A stretch of DNA of 43,977 bases. Source: Cercozoa sp. M6MM. Taxonomy: Eukaryota; Protista; Endomyxa: Ascetosporea. Shown here in pieces: positions 23,572 to 36,916 of the stretch. The stretch lies in NCBI GenBank assembly GCA_040357565.1, contig JBDODJ010000088.1, one strand, 5' to 3'. Positions within the stretch are counted from its first letter, which is position 1. Every line of letters begins with the position of its first letter. The position numbers and the translations under genes are program-made. Below the pieces are notes generated by a model. That model made no database searches and was not told where the DNA came from. It was given only the letters and a program-made list of their open reading frames with translations.

Positions 23572-26500
23572 ATGTCGGCACCACGTTTGCCCCGTGAGGG
23601 CGAGCATGGCTATGCAGCTGCTCGGCGAGAGGTAATTTTCGTATTTGTTGCTTTGGTGTTTCGTATTTGTTGGTTGTGTATAGCTTATGATCGGTACTGG
23701 CGTGATCGCCGACGGCAATGCCGCAAGACGCGCCGCAGCGCACGAGCACGCCATGCGGGTAGTCTAGATTCGAGTTGTGGACGTATATTTTGGGAGGTGT
23801 TTTTGTATTGTCTTTGTGTGTGTTTGTGTGTGTGCAGATTGGCAAGTACGCCAGCGGCTTTGGCGGCTTTGCTTTCGGGCGCGACGCGGCGGCAGAAGAC
23901 GCCGAGTTTGTTCCGCAGACGTTCGTTTCGTCCAGAAGGTATTTTACCCCCCTGTTTACCCCCCCCCCCCCGTCTACCTTGTTTACCCCCCCCCCCTATT
24001 TACCTTCCTATTTACCCCCCGTCTACCTCCTGTTTACCTACCTGTTTACCTACCTGTTTACCTACCTGTTTACCCTCGCATAGGAACCGCAAGAAAGTGC
24101 CGCTGATGCGACTGAGTGATCTGCAGGACGAGGTGCGTTTCTCCCGGAAAGAGTCGCTTTGTGAACGGCCTTGTTGTTGTTGTTTTGTGCAGCAAGACCG
24201 ACGTGCAGCTACGCAGCGGTAGGCTTTTTACTCCCTTTAACCACTTTACCCCCTACCCCCCCCCCCTCCCCACAGGGAAGGCGTCTTTGCGCAGAGCGAC
24301 GTTTTCTCGGGCGCGAAACGATCACGCGGCGCAGTGTATATTTGCTTTTTGTTTGTTTTCGTTTTTTAACTGGTCAATCTGATCGATCATATGGTCACTC
24401 TGATCGATCATATGGTCACTCTGTTCGATCATGTGGTCATTCTGATGGATTGATTTGCGAGAAACGCAGACAGGGCACGGAGGAGTTGCTTCGCGGTTTC
24501 TCCACCGTCGAAAACGTCGGCGTCACGCTGCTCAAACAGCTCGGCTGGAGTGCCGGTACCCTTCGCCCGTTTTACCCCCCTGTTTACCCCCCTTCCCCTG
24601 TTTACCCCCTCTTGACACTCTCTGTCACTTTACCTTTTAAGCCGCTCTTTTCTCAGCTTTGATTTTTACCCCTACCCCTACTACCCCGACCTCTACCCCC
24701 TACCCCCAACCCCAACCCCCCTACCCAAACCCCTTTACCCCCCTTTACCCCCCCCCCCCCTGCCGTGTAGACTCGGAGATTCGTGGCGACGCGATGACGC
24801 AAAACGCGTTTCTTTTCGACGGACGCGGCTGTTTGGGTTTTGCGGTATTTGTGGTTTTTGTTGTAGTTGTGTCGCGTCCGCGCGGAGGTGTTCTTGTTAT
24901 TTTCGTGTCCAGGCGGAAGGAGAGGAAGAAACGCGGCGCAGCGACCGCGAACTGCTGCGTCGTCGGACGAGTGCGTACGACGAGGAGGACGTGTATGCCG
25001 ACACATCGGGTATATGACAATCTTGTTGGTCTGTGTGTGTACTGTACTGTGTGTACTGTACGGTGTACTGTCTGGGATCAGCCTTTGACTCGCGCGAGTT
25101 TGCACGTGACATCCGCGCGGATGGTCCGCGGGAACAAGGTCGGCGGCAACGCGAAGACCAAGAGGAGACACGTGGACGTATTTCACACCTGTTTACGCCC
25201 CTGTTTACGCCCCTTTACGCCTCTGTTTACGCCGCTTTACCCCCCTGTTTACCCCGTTCTTATCCCCTTGTTGCAGTGCCGTCGAATTTGGACGGTTTCG
25301 TGCGTTTCGGCCAAGAGGATCATTTTGAGAAAGTCGTCACGTCGATTCCACAACAGCGCATCACTGAGGCAGAGGTTTACCCCCATCTTGCTCCCCCTCA
25401 GTTTANNNNNNNNNNNNNNNNNNNNNNNNNNNNNNNNNNNNNNNNNNNNNNNNNNNNNNNNNNNNNNNNNNNNNNNNNNNNNNNNNNNNNNNNNNNNNNN
25501 NNNNNCCCCCCCCCCCCCCCACACCCCCTTAACTCCTCCTGCCTCACAGGCAGTGGAAGACGCGTCGTACGCACGTGCTCGACAGGCAGTGGGCATGCCA
25601 GGCGTGCCGCAGAAAAAGACGAGTCGCTTCAGTGATCGCGGTGGTTCCGCGCGGACGCAGCAGCAGCAGGAACTGCAGCAGCAGATCAAGCAACTCAAGG
25701 AGCAGCAGCGGCAACAAGGCGACCAGAGCAACTGGCACCGCTCGCGCTTCGTTGCTGCGTCCACTGTCATGTACACTGCTTGTTTCAGATTTATTTTTTC
25801 GTTTTTCTTCCGCGCGGATGTGGGAAAATGTGACTTTTATCGTTTGACGGGACGACAACAGAATGCCAGGTGACAGTTCCTCGGGTTTGATTGAAGCACC
25901 AGCTCCGTCAGCTGGAAAAGCTAAGTTGAGGTATTTTTAATCTGCTTTGGTTGCTTTGAGCTGTGCAACAGCGACTTTTTGTTTTTTGATTGCAACAGCG
26001 ACATTTTGCCGCAATTCTCCTCAAAAGACGATTTCTCGTTCTCTGCGAAACAACGGTACTTTTGATGTGTCTCTACTCACTCAAATCACAGTTTGCGAAT
26101 ATCTGTGCCTTCAGTCGGTGGGAGGTCTATTTGCTGAGTCGTCTCGAGAGTCGGGTAACTCGCCTTTTTTTCTCTCGTTGGTCGGTCAAGATTCTGATTT
26201 TCTATCGACAGCCGCGCGTCCCGCCATTGTCGGCCAGTGACGCTTTGCTGACGGAAGAACAGCTCCAGATTGAGAGTAAAGTTTCAATTTTCAAACAGCT
26301 TCGATGGAAATTCACGTGTCTTGTTTTTTTGTTTCAGATGCGGAATTCGCGAAACTGGCCGAGAAGTTGCGGTATTAACACGTTTCCCCCTTCACCCTTT
26401 CAGTTTATTTCCTTTACCCCCCCCCCCCCCCCCCGTTATCACAGCCCACAGCTGGAAGAAGTGGGTGAACGTTTGCTGAGTGACGATGCCGTTCACCTGC

Positions 26501-27771
26501 GTGGTATTGTCCAGTTTCAGTTGCCGACCAGCCAAAGAGTATCAGTTCAAGTTTGTTTCTTTAGACAAGGAAGAGAAACAGGAAAAACGTATGAAGGAAC
26601 AGCACGCAATGACTGCTGCTGTACCGTCTCTGACTTTCTTTTTGCTTTCTGTGTTCGGTGAGTTTTAGCTGATGTTGTTTTGACGCAGAAACAGCGTGTG
26701 TACCGAGGCAAGCGTGAAGAACGACTCTGGATTCCGGTGCCTTCCTTTTGTTTTTGTTCATGTGTGGTGTTTGCTGCCACTAAGTTTTCAGTCTACAGGA
26801 ACCCAAGTTGTGCGCCTTCTTTGGCATCTCTGCACGCGATCACCAGTACCCTACCCTGCATCACAGGCAATATGTTCCAGCCTTGTATAATTCCAACAGT
26901 GCGGAAGTCGAGCGACGACAGGAGCGAAAGCCGCGAAAAACTGCCAAAGTCGACGATCTACGCGACGACGTGGCCGAAGAGGTCCGTCTAATATTGCAGT
27001 CTTTTTTGTGCACTAAAATTAACATATGTGTTGTTGTTCCTTTTCGTTTTCGCAGGAGAACGAAATCGCAGATTTTGCCGAAGAACGCGCCGATCTGTTC
27101 GACTCGATTTTCGGCGTGAGTTTTCTTTTCTTTTGTGTTGATTTAACAATATGTGTTAGCGCTTGCTCACTCTTGTTGTGTTTTGCGGGACACAGAGCGA
27201 CCTCGCCGAGCAGGAGGAGGAGACGAAACCCGTGGAAATCGTGCCGAGCAAGAAGCATCGAAACAAGAGGAAGGAGCGCACACTGGAGAGAGCAGAAACG
27301 ACACGGCCTGTGCCGGTGGTCGACATCACTGGCGACGGCGGCGCCGAGAGTCGCGACGACGAGATGGACGACGACATTGCCGAAGTGCTCATGTCGGCTG
27401 TAAGTTTTGCTATTCTTTATTGTGTCTATCCTCTGATAATGTTTCCTCCCTACGAGGTGTGTCATGAGTTATTGTGTCTATGAATTATGTTTGTGCAGGA
27501 GGCACCAGAGCCTTCGTCGCCCAAGCAGCCGATGTCGGCCGAGGACGAGATCATGGCACTGCTTAAGAAGCAGCGTCGCCGCCGCCTGGCCAAGAAGAAG
27601 GACAAGAAGGAGCGTCGTCGCGACAAGTCCGTCTCCGCTTCAGCCGCTGCCCCTTCGACTGTACGTTCGGTCTCTCGGGTTTTTTGCTGGGATGATTCAC
27701 TGACTTTGGTTCTGAAGGGCGACGACACCGTCATGCGGCGGCGACGACGCAAGAAAAAGTTTGGCGTTTAA
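23572..27771 (+). CDS. GPATCH1: G-patch domain protein GPATCH1/TGH-like (DUF1604), divergent
   Basis: FVPQTFVSSRRNR, NVGVTLLKQLGW (G-patch), LDGFV, KQRRWEVYL...ENAEFAKLA, REERLWIPEPKLCAFFGI, ADLFDSIFG and a K/R-rich tail occur in GPATCH1 order. Stop TAA 27769-27771; an assembly gap lies in one intron. Confidence 0.8.
24029..24074. repeat. Intronic 12-bp tandem repeat (CCTGTTTACCTA) about x4
   Basis: Read directly; lies in a GPATCH1 intron. Confidence 0.9.
24371..24450. repeat. Intronic 21-bp tandem repeat (TGGTCACTCTGATCGATCATA) about x4
   Basis: Read directly; the copies decay toward the 3' end. Confidence 0.9.
25406..25505. other. Assembly gap (100 N)
   Basis: Run of N inside a C-rich intron of the GPATCH1-like gene; exons may be missing. 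Confidence 1.
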
Positions 27772-27830
27772 CGTCAGTTGAGCTGCGTTGAATTCGATTC
27801 AGTATCTTCTTTGCTTGCCGGTTTCTATAC

Positions 27831-28065
27831 CGTTACTGCACTTACAGTAGTCATTGCCTTGACCCATTCGCGTCTCACTCGAGAAAAGAGGAGGTTTATG
27901 AGTGTTTTGGCTCGTGCCTTGCTCTGAGACCGAGTCACTGACTCAGCGGATTGCTGTGTTGTCTATATCTTGCCTGAACAGCGTCATTGGATGGTTCCAT
28001 TCCACTCACTTTGACGTGTGTGTTCACCGCACAGGCAGGGGGCATCTTCAACTGCCGCGGTAACA
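27831..28065 (+). mobile_element. Diverged, shorter solo LTR related to the 16956-17434 LTR
   Basis: Starts cGTTACTGCAC and ends GCCGCGGTAACA. Shares GAGTGTTTTGGCT, CCTTGCTCTGAGACC, CTGACTCAG-GGATTGCTGT, ATCTTGCCTG and TTCCATTCCACTCACTT with the LTR. Flanks are ATAC/ATAT. Confidence 0.85.
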
Positions 28066-28579
28066 ATATCGAGAGCATTAATCGAACGTTGGATAACTTT
28101 CGTTTCTCGTTTCGGATTCTATTATCACACATGCATGATGTGAAAGCCCCGCCAAAAAAAAAGACTCCTAGGATCGATCGACATCGAATGGTAACCGTTG
28201 CGTGACGCCGAAACTTCCCTTCACTCCGTCACCACCATGGCAGTGCACAGTGCAGCCACTAACGAGTGACGTGGTACACGTCGCACACAATCACAAACGG
28301 TCACACGCTTTTCGATCTGTGGTCCAGTGGTCACAAGGTCAAGTGCCGATCAGATCACTTCACCGACAATGACTGGCTGCGCACTCTCGAAGAGTATTGA
28401 TAATACAAAGTAAGTTTTAAAAAACAGTCAAGTGCTCGTCAATGAGATTTTCATTAGGTTATTTTTAGTTGCAGACCCTACCCAGAAACTACGATTGTAG
28501 ACGCGGGGGACGAGGTCTGCCACAAACTGCTTCTACAGTGATTGTTGTTTTGTTGGCACCAAAGTTGGCGACGCCAACC

Positions 28580-31500
28580 ATGCCATTGTTTGTCTTAAGC
28601 TTGCTCCTGTTGCTGTTGACGGCTGCACAGGCTTCTACGGTACAGTTTTCGTGAGTGTGTGCGTGTGTGTGTGTGACCATACAGCAACTTCTCTGTCTGA
28701 TAATCGGTACTGCAGCCAGTGAACAACTCGCTGGCCATCCTTGAGTCGCGCGTGTTACCGCCAGAGTATTCACTGGTGGGAGGCTACCCCTACCGAGTGC
28801 ATGTACCGTACACTTTTGGATTTGTAAACCTGCGGTTTACCATCTGGTACGAGCGAGCTGTTTCAGGTGTTATTCAACATGCTGCAAGAAAGCGGCAACG
28901 CCATGGACAGCTACCGAGTTCGCGTGATGTTTGGAACCTGCGAAGGATCCCCTCGGCCGCCTTCAGTTCCTGTATATATAGTAAAGTCTGTAAATGTAGT
29001 CTCTGGCACATTTACTGTACTGTAGGTACCGTTAACTACGTGCGACGATTTCCGCAAATCGAGTGATTCGAGTGACCAGTTCGTGCTGTCATTTCCTTCC
29101 GTGGGACCAAGCGCTCCGGCAAGTGTCCGAGTCGGCTTCATGTTTGTGTTGACTTATCTGCCTCGTATGATATGACCTCCTTTACCTGACAAAACGACGT
29201 TCTTGTTTGTGCCATCACGAGTACATTTGGACAGCTGCAACGATTGGGATGCGTCTTACGTTGATGGATCCCGTGGTAGTGTCAACTTCTACATGCACAG
29301 TTTGGGATATATCATGTATGGCAACATAGAGCGTATCGGGACCATTCTCGAAGCCGCTGCCGGTGGCATTTCAGTTCAACGAGATGCGCATGTGGCACAC
29401 GCAAACGCCGGCACGAACGCTTGATTATTTCGTCACTGTCAACTCACGAGAGTCTATCGGAAAGGTACTGTATATGTTTTGGACTCGACTTTACCTTTTG
29501 CATCTACAGTACCTGTAAAATGGCACAGTGGGATGCCATTGTTGTCTACTACAATGGAGTCACTACAAGTACCAGCTGAACATGTCATATATATATATAT
29601 AGATAAGTTATATATTTGATGTATGTAACAATATAGTACCAACTAGTTGCATTTAACTATATTTCCTGTCATTAGGCAAGGAGAGAAACGACTCGACCGA
29701 GCTAACCGTGTCCACGACGACACCTCTCAGTGGCGACGATCTCATCTCAATCGACATCAGCTACAGGTTCTTTGAAGGCATTGAGTACGTCAACGGAGGC
29801 TGTGCGTTTCTCTTTAGGTCACTGTTCGACTGATATCCAGAATTCACTTTCACTGTCTTTCTGTAGACACGAGTGTCAAGTGTCACTTTGACGACATCAC
29901 GACCATCTATGTCACTTTGGTAATGTGTAGCGAGATTAAGTCAATACAGCTGGATTAATTACTAATTTAAGTTTAAGTTTACTCCTGTATACGCTATTCC
30001 CATTGTGTGGTTTTGATACACAGAAGCCACTCGAGTTCTCCATCCTACCAGATGCGGCGGGCTGGGCCTTCCACATCAACGAGAAGTTCGTGCCGGACCC
30101 ATCCTTCACTGTAAGAGTCTTAGCCCTCCCTCCTTGAACTATTATTTGTTTTTCTTGTGACTGGACAGAAATGCGATGAGATTTTTTCGAGCTTGGATTC
30201 ACATGCCTTAGCGGCGGTATTATTGATATGAGGGGAGGAGTAAAGGGGGCAAAGGGGAGCAAGGTCAACTACCTGTATCCCTTGGTCAATGCAGACAGTG
30301 GACCTGCGGGCCACTGACAATGTGTGCTCCTACGGAATCAAGAACGAATCGATCACCTGGTCGCATGGCACTGGAGGTATTGTACCTTCCCTATGTGTAC
30401 CCAATAGGTCTAGCGCCTTCTTAAGTAGAATGGACGGACGTGACGGGACAGGGCAAACTGGCCGACACAATCATTGTGGCGATGCCGAGTCTCCCGGATG
30501 CGTATCATCTGGTGCATCCTGCTGGTACTAGTCTACCTCCTGGCAAAGGGAGTAAAGGGAGAAGGGGAAGAGATGTGCTGCCTTTGTAGTGAAATTCGGC
30601 CTCGGTCAGTCTTCGCCCTACTTCGACCGGAACGTGTTTGATCCGGCTGTTTCCGATCGCACCGGTATCCTTCCCTACCCTACCCTACCCTAGTCAAACC
30701 ACTACCTCTGCACTCCCCGAAATGTAGCCTACCAGTCTACTAATTTATGTTTCTGATGTTGCCCAGCACTGGGACACTTCAGCAAGGCTGAGTACGCACT
30801 GTACAGCAACACCGACGAGCTGCGCCAGGGCTGCGTCGATGAAATTGTCGTGCGTGCCTCCGACTTTGCCTTGTAGCCTTTTCTACCCTCCCCGTTTATT
30901 CCTTACTCGCTTTACCGTTTACCCCTAGCACGTACGGCAAGCCATTGGAACATGTCAAACTCACGGTGGAGTGTTTTGCTATCGGAGGTACCTGACCCTA
31001 CAGTCTTGGTACAATCCGGTCTGGACTGTGCAATGTGGACAGACCAGTCGAACACGGACCGATGGACGACGTGGCTACAGCAAGGTGTCTCTGGTCCGAC
31101 ACTGCAGCGCAAACTGACGGCACTGCCTGCGGATATTGCCTTCGACAACGGGCACTGCGAGTTGTCTTTCTCGGCACTCAATTGGATTCACAGCGATGTG
31201 CATTCTCCTTTGCCCCCCTTTACCCCCCCCCCCCGTTACCCCCACACACCACTTTATTCTACTCTTCATCCCCCTGCGTCCCCTCTTTTCATCCCCTGTT
31301 TACTCCAGTGGCAAAAGCACGAAAGTACAGCAGGCAACACGGCGCGCACGGTGACGACGGTGCTGCCGGTGCGACCGAGTGATGCAACCACTCGACTCAA
31401 GGTATCGGCACCGTCGAAACACCGTCGACGCGACGATCTGGTGCTTGGTACTTTTACCCCTTCCCTCTTTTTTTAACCGCCATACCCTCCCTCTTTCCTA

Positions 31501-32179
31501 CTCTTTTTACCCCCTCCCCCTATTACTCCCTTTAACTCCTTTTTAAGCTCCCGTATACTCCCTTTGTACCTCTCTGTTTAACCACACCCCCCCCCCGGCA
31601 GGTGCAACTGTGGTGGAAAGTGCGTGCGGTGAGGAGCGAGTCGCACCTGCCGAAAAATACCGCATCACTTACGAACTCGTCAGTCTAAGGGTACTGCCTT
31701 TACTTTCTTAACCCCCTATACCCTCCCATATATTTCCCACCCTCTACCTCCCTGGGCAGAAAGTCTTCGAAGGCGCCCAGGTGGTGGTGTCGCAGAAATA
31801 CCTGCCCACACGTGAGGACAGCCTTGTCGTTCGGGTCGAGGCACAGGAAGTGGCCAATTCTGTCGTTGTTGTGAGTGATGTCGTCAGTATCGACGTGCTG
31901 CTGGATCCGGTACTTTTGTCTCTTCCTGCCTCTTCACTCCCTCTTCACTCCCCCTCTTTACCCCTCCTTAGTCCCTCTTCACTCCTCCCTCTTTACCTTA
32001 CTCCCCTCTTTCTCCCCTCCTTACTCCCCTCTTTACTCTCCTTGTTACCACCCTTAGATTATCGGAGCAGTAGCGAGAGGCGTGTTGCGTGTGCTGCCTG
32101 TACTCTACTATACATGTATATCTAGTATATATATATATATATATATGTATATAATTAAATAAATGAATATGTGTATATC

Positions 32180-32218
<39 letters not shown>

Positions 32219-34798
32219 TTGTATACGTTGTGTATAGATATAGATATACGTACATATATATATATATCTATGTGTGTGTGTGTGTATAAAAAACAAGAGA
32301 TACTGTTGGTAGAACCCGAACGTTGAACTCGAGGTAGACTATGCAACCTACTCGTTCGACCCGAACGGTACCATCTGACGGACTCGTTTTTTTCTTTGGA
32401 GGGGTGCGACCCTAGTATTCTGGAGATTGTGCAGGCATCTACGGTCAGAAGGACCTGTCCTTCGCAATCGAGAGCTGTCGCACCGGCAACAATGACGACT
32501 GTGCCGCCCTGTTGCTGTCCAAGGTATCGTCTGATTCACCTACATGGTTGTTTGTACACTCAGGGTCGTACATAACCTGCCAAGTATTGTATTAAATATA
32601 AAGTCTATATTGTGTATATATATATATAGTATATGTCATATAATACAGTACTTAAATACTAGAGTCCGCGTGATGTTTCTTAGAACAGCTATACAAGTAT
32701 ATTATACTATATATATATATACATATATATATATAGATTTATCGCAAAATAGTATTGATACCGAGTTTATCGTATCTGTGATGTAGGTGGACACATCACG
32801 CCTTTCGAACACGGGCATCCTGATGGTGCCGAGTGGAACATTTGCAGCCTCCTCCGAGTACTCGCTCGTCGTTCTGGTCACAGTAGACGGTACTGTACAC
32901 CTTTCCCTTCCTTCTTATAAGTACTATATGGAGTAGGTTCGACCTTGCCGCCTGCTAAGGTCGGTCTGACAATTCGAGTGCTCAATCAAGCCGACTCTGA
33001 CAATTCACTGTCGGTATAAGTTACTGAGATAGGGTGGGCGGGGGGTAAATACGGCATGTGTGCTCGTGCAGGTGTCGGTGCACTTCCGTAGTGCTCGTAC
33101 GCCGCTTTTGTCGCAACAGGACATCTTGCGCATCGTATGATTTTATGTACCCCCCCCCCCCACCCCAGACGACATTAGACCCTCACTACAGGAAGGCGAA
33201 GTTCAGAGCGAAAAGGACGATGCAGTTATTCAGTATGCGTGGTAGGCACTGTCTTTTACAAAATGGGTATCTCCTACTCTTAACCCCCCCCCCCAGGTAC
33301 GAAGCAAGCGGCGTGTTGCGACAATTGTCGCCGCAGCAGTTGTTGACGCCGCTCAACAAACGCAACCTCGCGGTGGATGCCTTTGCTTTGGTATGCCCCT
33401 CTGTATCACCCCCTCCGACCTTCTTCATACTGTATACCCACACAGGCACCTGGCGAGTATCGCTTTCGTCTCAATGCGACTGACTTGACCTACGGCGCTT
33501 TTTCTGTATTCTTGCCCCTCCCCGGGTTGGACTAGAAGTAATCTCCGATTGGTTAGGTCGGCGAGACTCATGTCATTGTAGTCGACAGTCCAGTCATTAC
33601 AAGACTGGTAGCCAACCACTCGGTCGGCAGCGACACGATCGATCTCTCTGTTGCCGCCGTACCCTCTTACATAAATTTATATATAGGGTGTCTATTATAC
33701 GCATAAAGGGTACGTGTATACCGTGCTGTGTCATTTAGACACTGGCTTCGGCCGATGTGGCGCCACTGCAGGTCCGCTGGTTCGCAAAACTCTCGGGTAT
33801 GCCTTCCGCTATAAATTTACATGTATACATGAATATATCTCCATAGATATCTAACACAAGTAAAAACAGTGACAGTTTATGCTACTTATAGACGAACTGG
33901 TCTCACTGACGGACTGGTCGACCGAGAACACGTCGTCAGTGTCGCTGCCCACTGGCAACCACACCGTGCAAGGTTAACCCCTACCCCTTACCCCCCTACC
34001 CCCTCACCTACTCCCTGTACCCCCGTTGTGCAGTCAAAGTACGCGACAGCGTAGGCGGAGTTGCAATCTCCAGCACGACACTCACAGTGGTCTCTCTATC
34101 AGGTACAGTTGTACTGTAGCCTTAGTACTTTGTACCGTACCTACCGCACCCTTAATAGACCAGTGTGAGTTGTCGCTGCAGCGACTACGTGAGACACGTG
34201 CGTCGCACCGACTGTCCGACGCACTGCTGGCTGTACCAACATGCACACTACTTTGTACAGCTGTACCATGTATAGACCTACCACTTGGACAGGTGAGCCA
34301 AGTAGCCAGTAGCCACTTGAACAGTGGCGGCATCGAGTCGTGTCCCGAGTTGTCAGCGGAACTGCTGCAGTCGCTGCATTTGTTCCGACAGGTGCGGCCG
34401 CACAATACCACGCAGTGTGCACATCCCGAGATACACCTACTTGTGGAGGTGAACCCTTCCTGTCCTAGTACTGTAGATATAAACCCCCTGTGGCACTATC
34501 TTTAACATGCATAGGCACTGCGACAAGGCACGCAACTCATGCTGCAGGCTGAGGCTGTTCTGAATACCTCCGACTTTGCCTTCCTTGTTGGCCGTGCATT
34601 TATTTACTATCTATATGTGTATGTACTGTACCTATAGTGGATGTGTATATATGTACTATATCTGTATAAATTTTTATTTACTCTACCTATAGTACATATA
34701 CATAAGTTTATATATATGTACCAAACTATAGCAAATGTACTATACCTATATATTACATATATATGTATATGTACTATACCTATAGTATATGCTTATAG

Positions 34799-34832
<34 letters not shown>

Positions 34833-36883
34833 ATAGTATTTATTTATACCACCTGTAGAGGAAGGCGCATCACACGATCTGCTGTGTGCTGTTGGCGCCG
34901 ACTCGGTGCATGAGAGCGTCTCCATCCTGGTGTGTACTTCTTGTACCCCTTGCCCTACCGTGCCTAGTTTTACCTTGACCCAACTACCCATAGGCACAAA
35001 CAGGCGCAGTGCTGAGCAACACACTCGCACTGGCAGCCTTATCACTGAATGGCACGTCGCTGTGTCTTGTCACACACCACATCACTGATCTCACCACACG
35101 GGTAGCCTTTCCCTCTACCCCGTCTACCACTCTCTACCCCTATAAATTTACTCTCCCCTGCAGTTGTTGATAGCCAAGTTGGAGCCAGCGTTGGCAGGCG
35201 AGCATCCCGAGTAGTCTCCGTTTTTCTTTTTTGTATAACTTGATGCGTGTATATCACATGACAAGATTTTTGAATTCACCAGGTATGCCGAGTACGGAAA
35301 CGTGTTTGGTGCTGGTGCCAAGTTCGACGCAGGCACACGTGTCACCTTGTCAGGTCTGTACCTGCAGTACCTACTGTCAACAACCTTGTGTTAAAAAAAA
35401 AACAACCGATGTGTTGCACAGGTAGCGTGCAGGTCGAGGTGCCTGAGAGTGCCTTTGAGAATGCGGGCGAAGTGGTACTCTATCTACCAACTGATACCTA
35501 CTTCCACTCCCCTGAAATGACATGCGTACTGAATTGCTCAGAGTGTGACAGTGTCTGCTTTGGACCCGTCTCTCAGTTGTAGTCTTCCTACTCATCCTTC
35601 CAATATAAGTTGCATGTGCTCTTCAGTCTTCTCATTCTTGGCTTCGTAACTCAGCTTGCTTTGTTGCCGAGAACTCCGCCTCGCCTGATGGTAAACTACA
35701 AAGCAGCTCACTCATATCTTCAGTTAAAGTCTAAACTTACTGTGCACTGGGACAGACACTTGCTCGGTCACCGATATCAATGCACAGAACGGCGAGTTGC
35801 GGTACCATTTGCATTTGCTGACTTGACTGACTTGACTGGGTTGGACGGGCTGACTGACCCCTTTGACTGTGGCTGTGACTTTGACAGTGAGATCACGTTC
35901 GCACTGAGATGCAGCGATCAGCACCAGTACCGTGTGCAAGGTATGAAACATATAATAATAATAATGATATAGTTATAGTGCCTAGTTTATAACAGTACAT
36001 ACATAGTAGATATACTATAAGTATAGCGAGAGAATCTGTTTGTATTAGTTTATATATATATACATACATATATATATATATAAATCCATGAAACGACTAA
36101 AATACGCCCCATGTGCAGAGTGCGCACAACCTCGGGCCACGTGTCGCTGGTTCGATGCCGAGACACACGTACCCAAGTGTTTTGTCCCAGGGTCACTTTA
36201 AATTACCAAGTGGCGACATGGAACAGACGTGGAGTCAAGACGGCTGCGTCACTCTGTCAGCAACGCCTGCCAGTGACGGTGTGCACACCGTGTATCAGTG
36301 TCGATGCACGCACCTGGTACCAAACCCTTTTTGCAGACACCTCTTCAATTAGTACACTACCACTGTCGTGTAGACGACCTTTGCGATGGTGAAGGAACTA
36401 GCCAAGCACGACGCCTGTGCCACGGCGGAAAGCACGATCAACGTCTATGCTCCCTTTGCTGGTACTCTCAATTTACCTGAATTTTCTGAATAACTATGCA
36501 CATGCGTTTTTTTAAATCTTCACCCTACAGGCGCCTTTGGTCTCGTGGCTGTTGCCGCACTCATACAGACTGTTCGGTGCTTAATTTATACCTGCCCTAG
36601 TACTAAGCGGCAACAGAGCTTAACTTCGGAATTCGGAATGGGATACCTATTCTTGAACCCCCTGTGATACAGGTACATGGCAGCCACTCAGTCGCACAAG
36701 CGCAGCGCCGGCTTGCTTCTGCAACACTTGGGTACTCCGGCTTGCTGTCTTGACACTGGAGGGTAAGAAGAGACTTGGTAGTTGTGCTCGCTGTCGCTGG
36801 TGCTCGTGTCGCTGCTTGCGTCTACCTGGAATGCATACTTTTTTGTTCCATAGTGACTACTTTATACGTATACATATATGTAC

Positions 36884-36916
<33 letters not shown>

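Noticed and set aside
24659-25873. 404-aa ORF and similar long ORFs in the track (4274-4966, 8534-9151, 23560-24222)
   Set aside because: They read through introns, the N gap or the antisense strand of spliced genes and are not independent genes.
30665-30766. U12-type donor GTATCCTT (also GTATCTTT at 80)
   Set aside because: No TCCTTAAC branch point at the proper distance; such matches are expected by chance from GTAT donors followed by C/T-rich introns.
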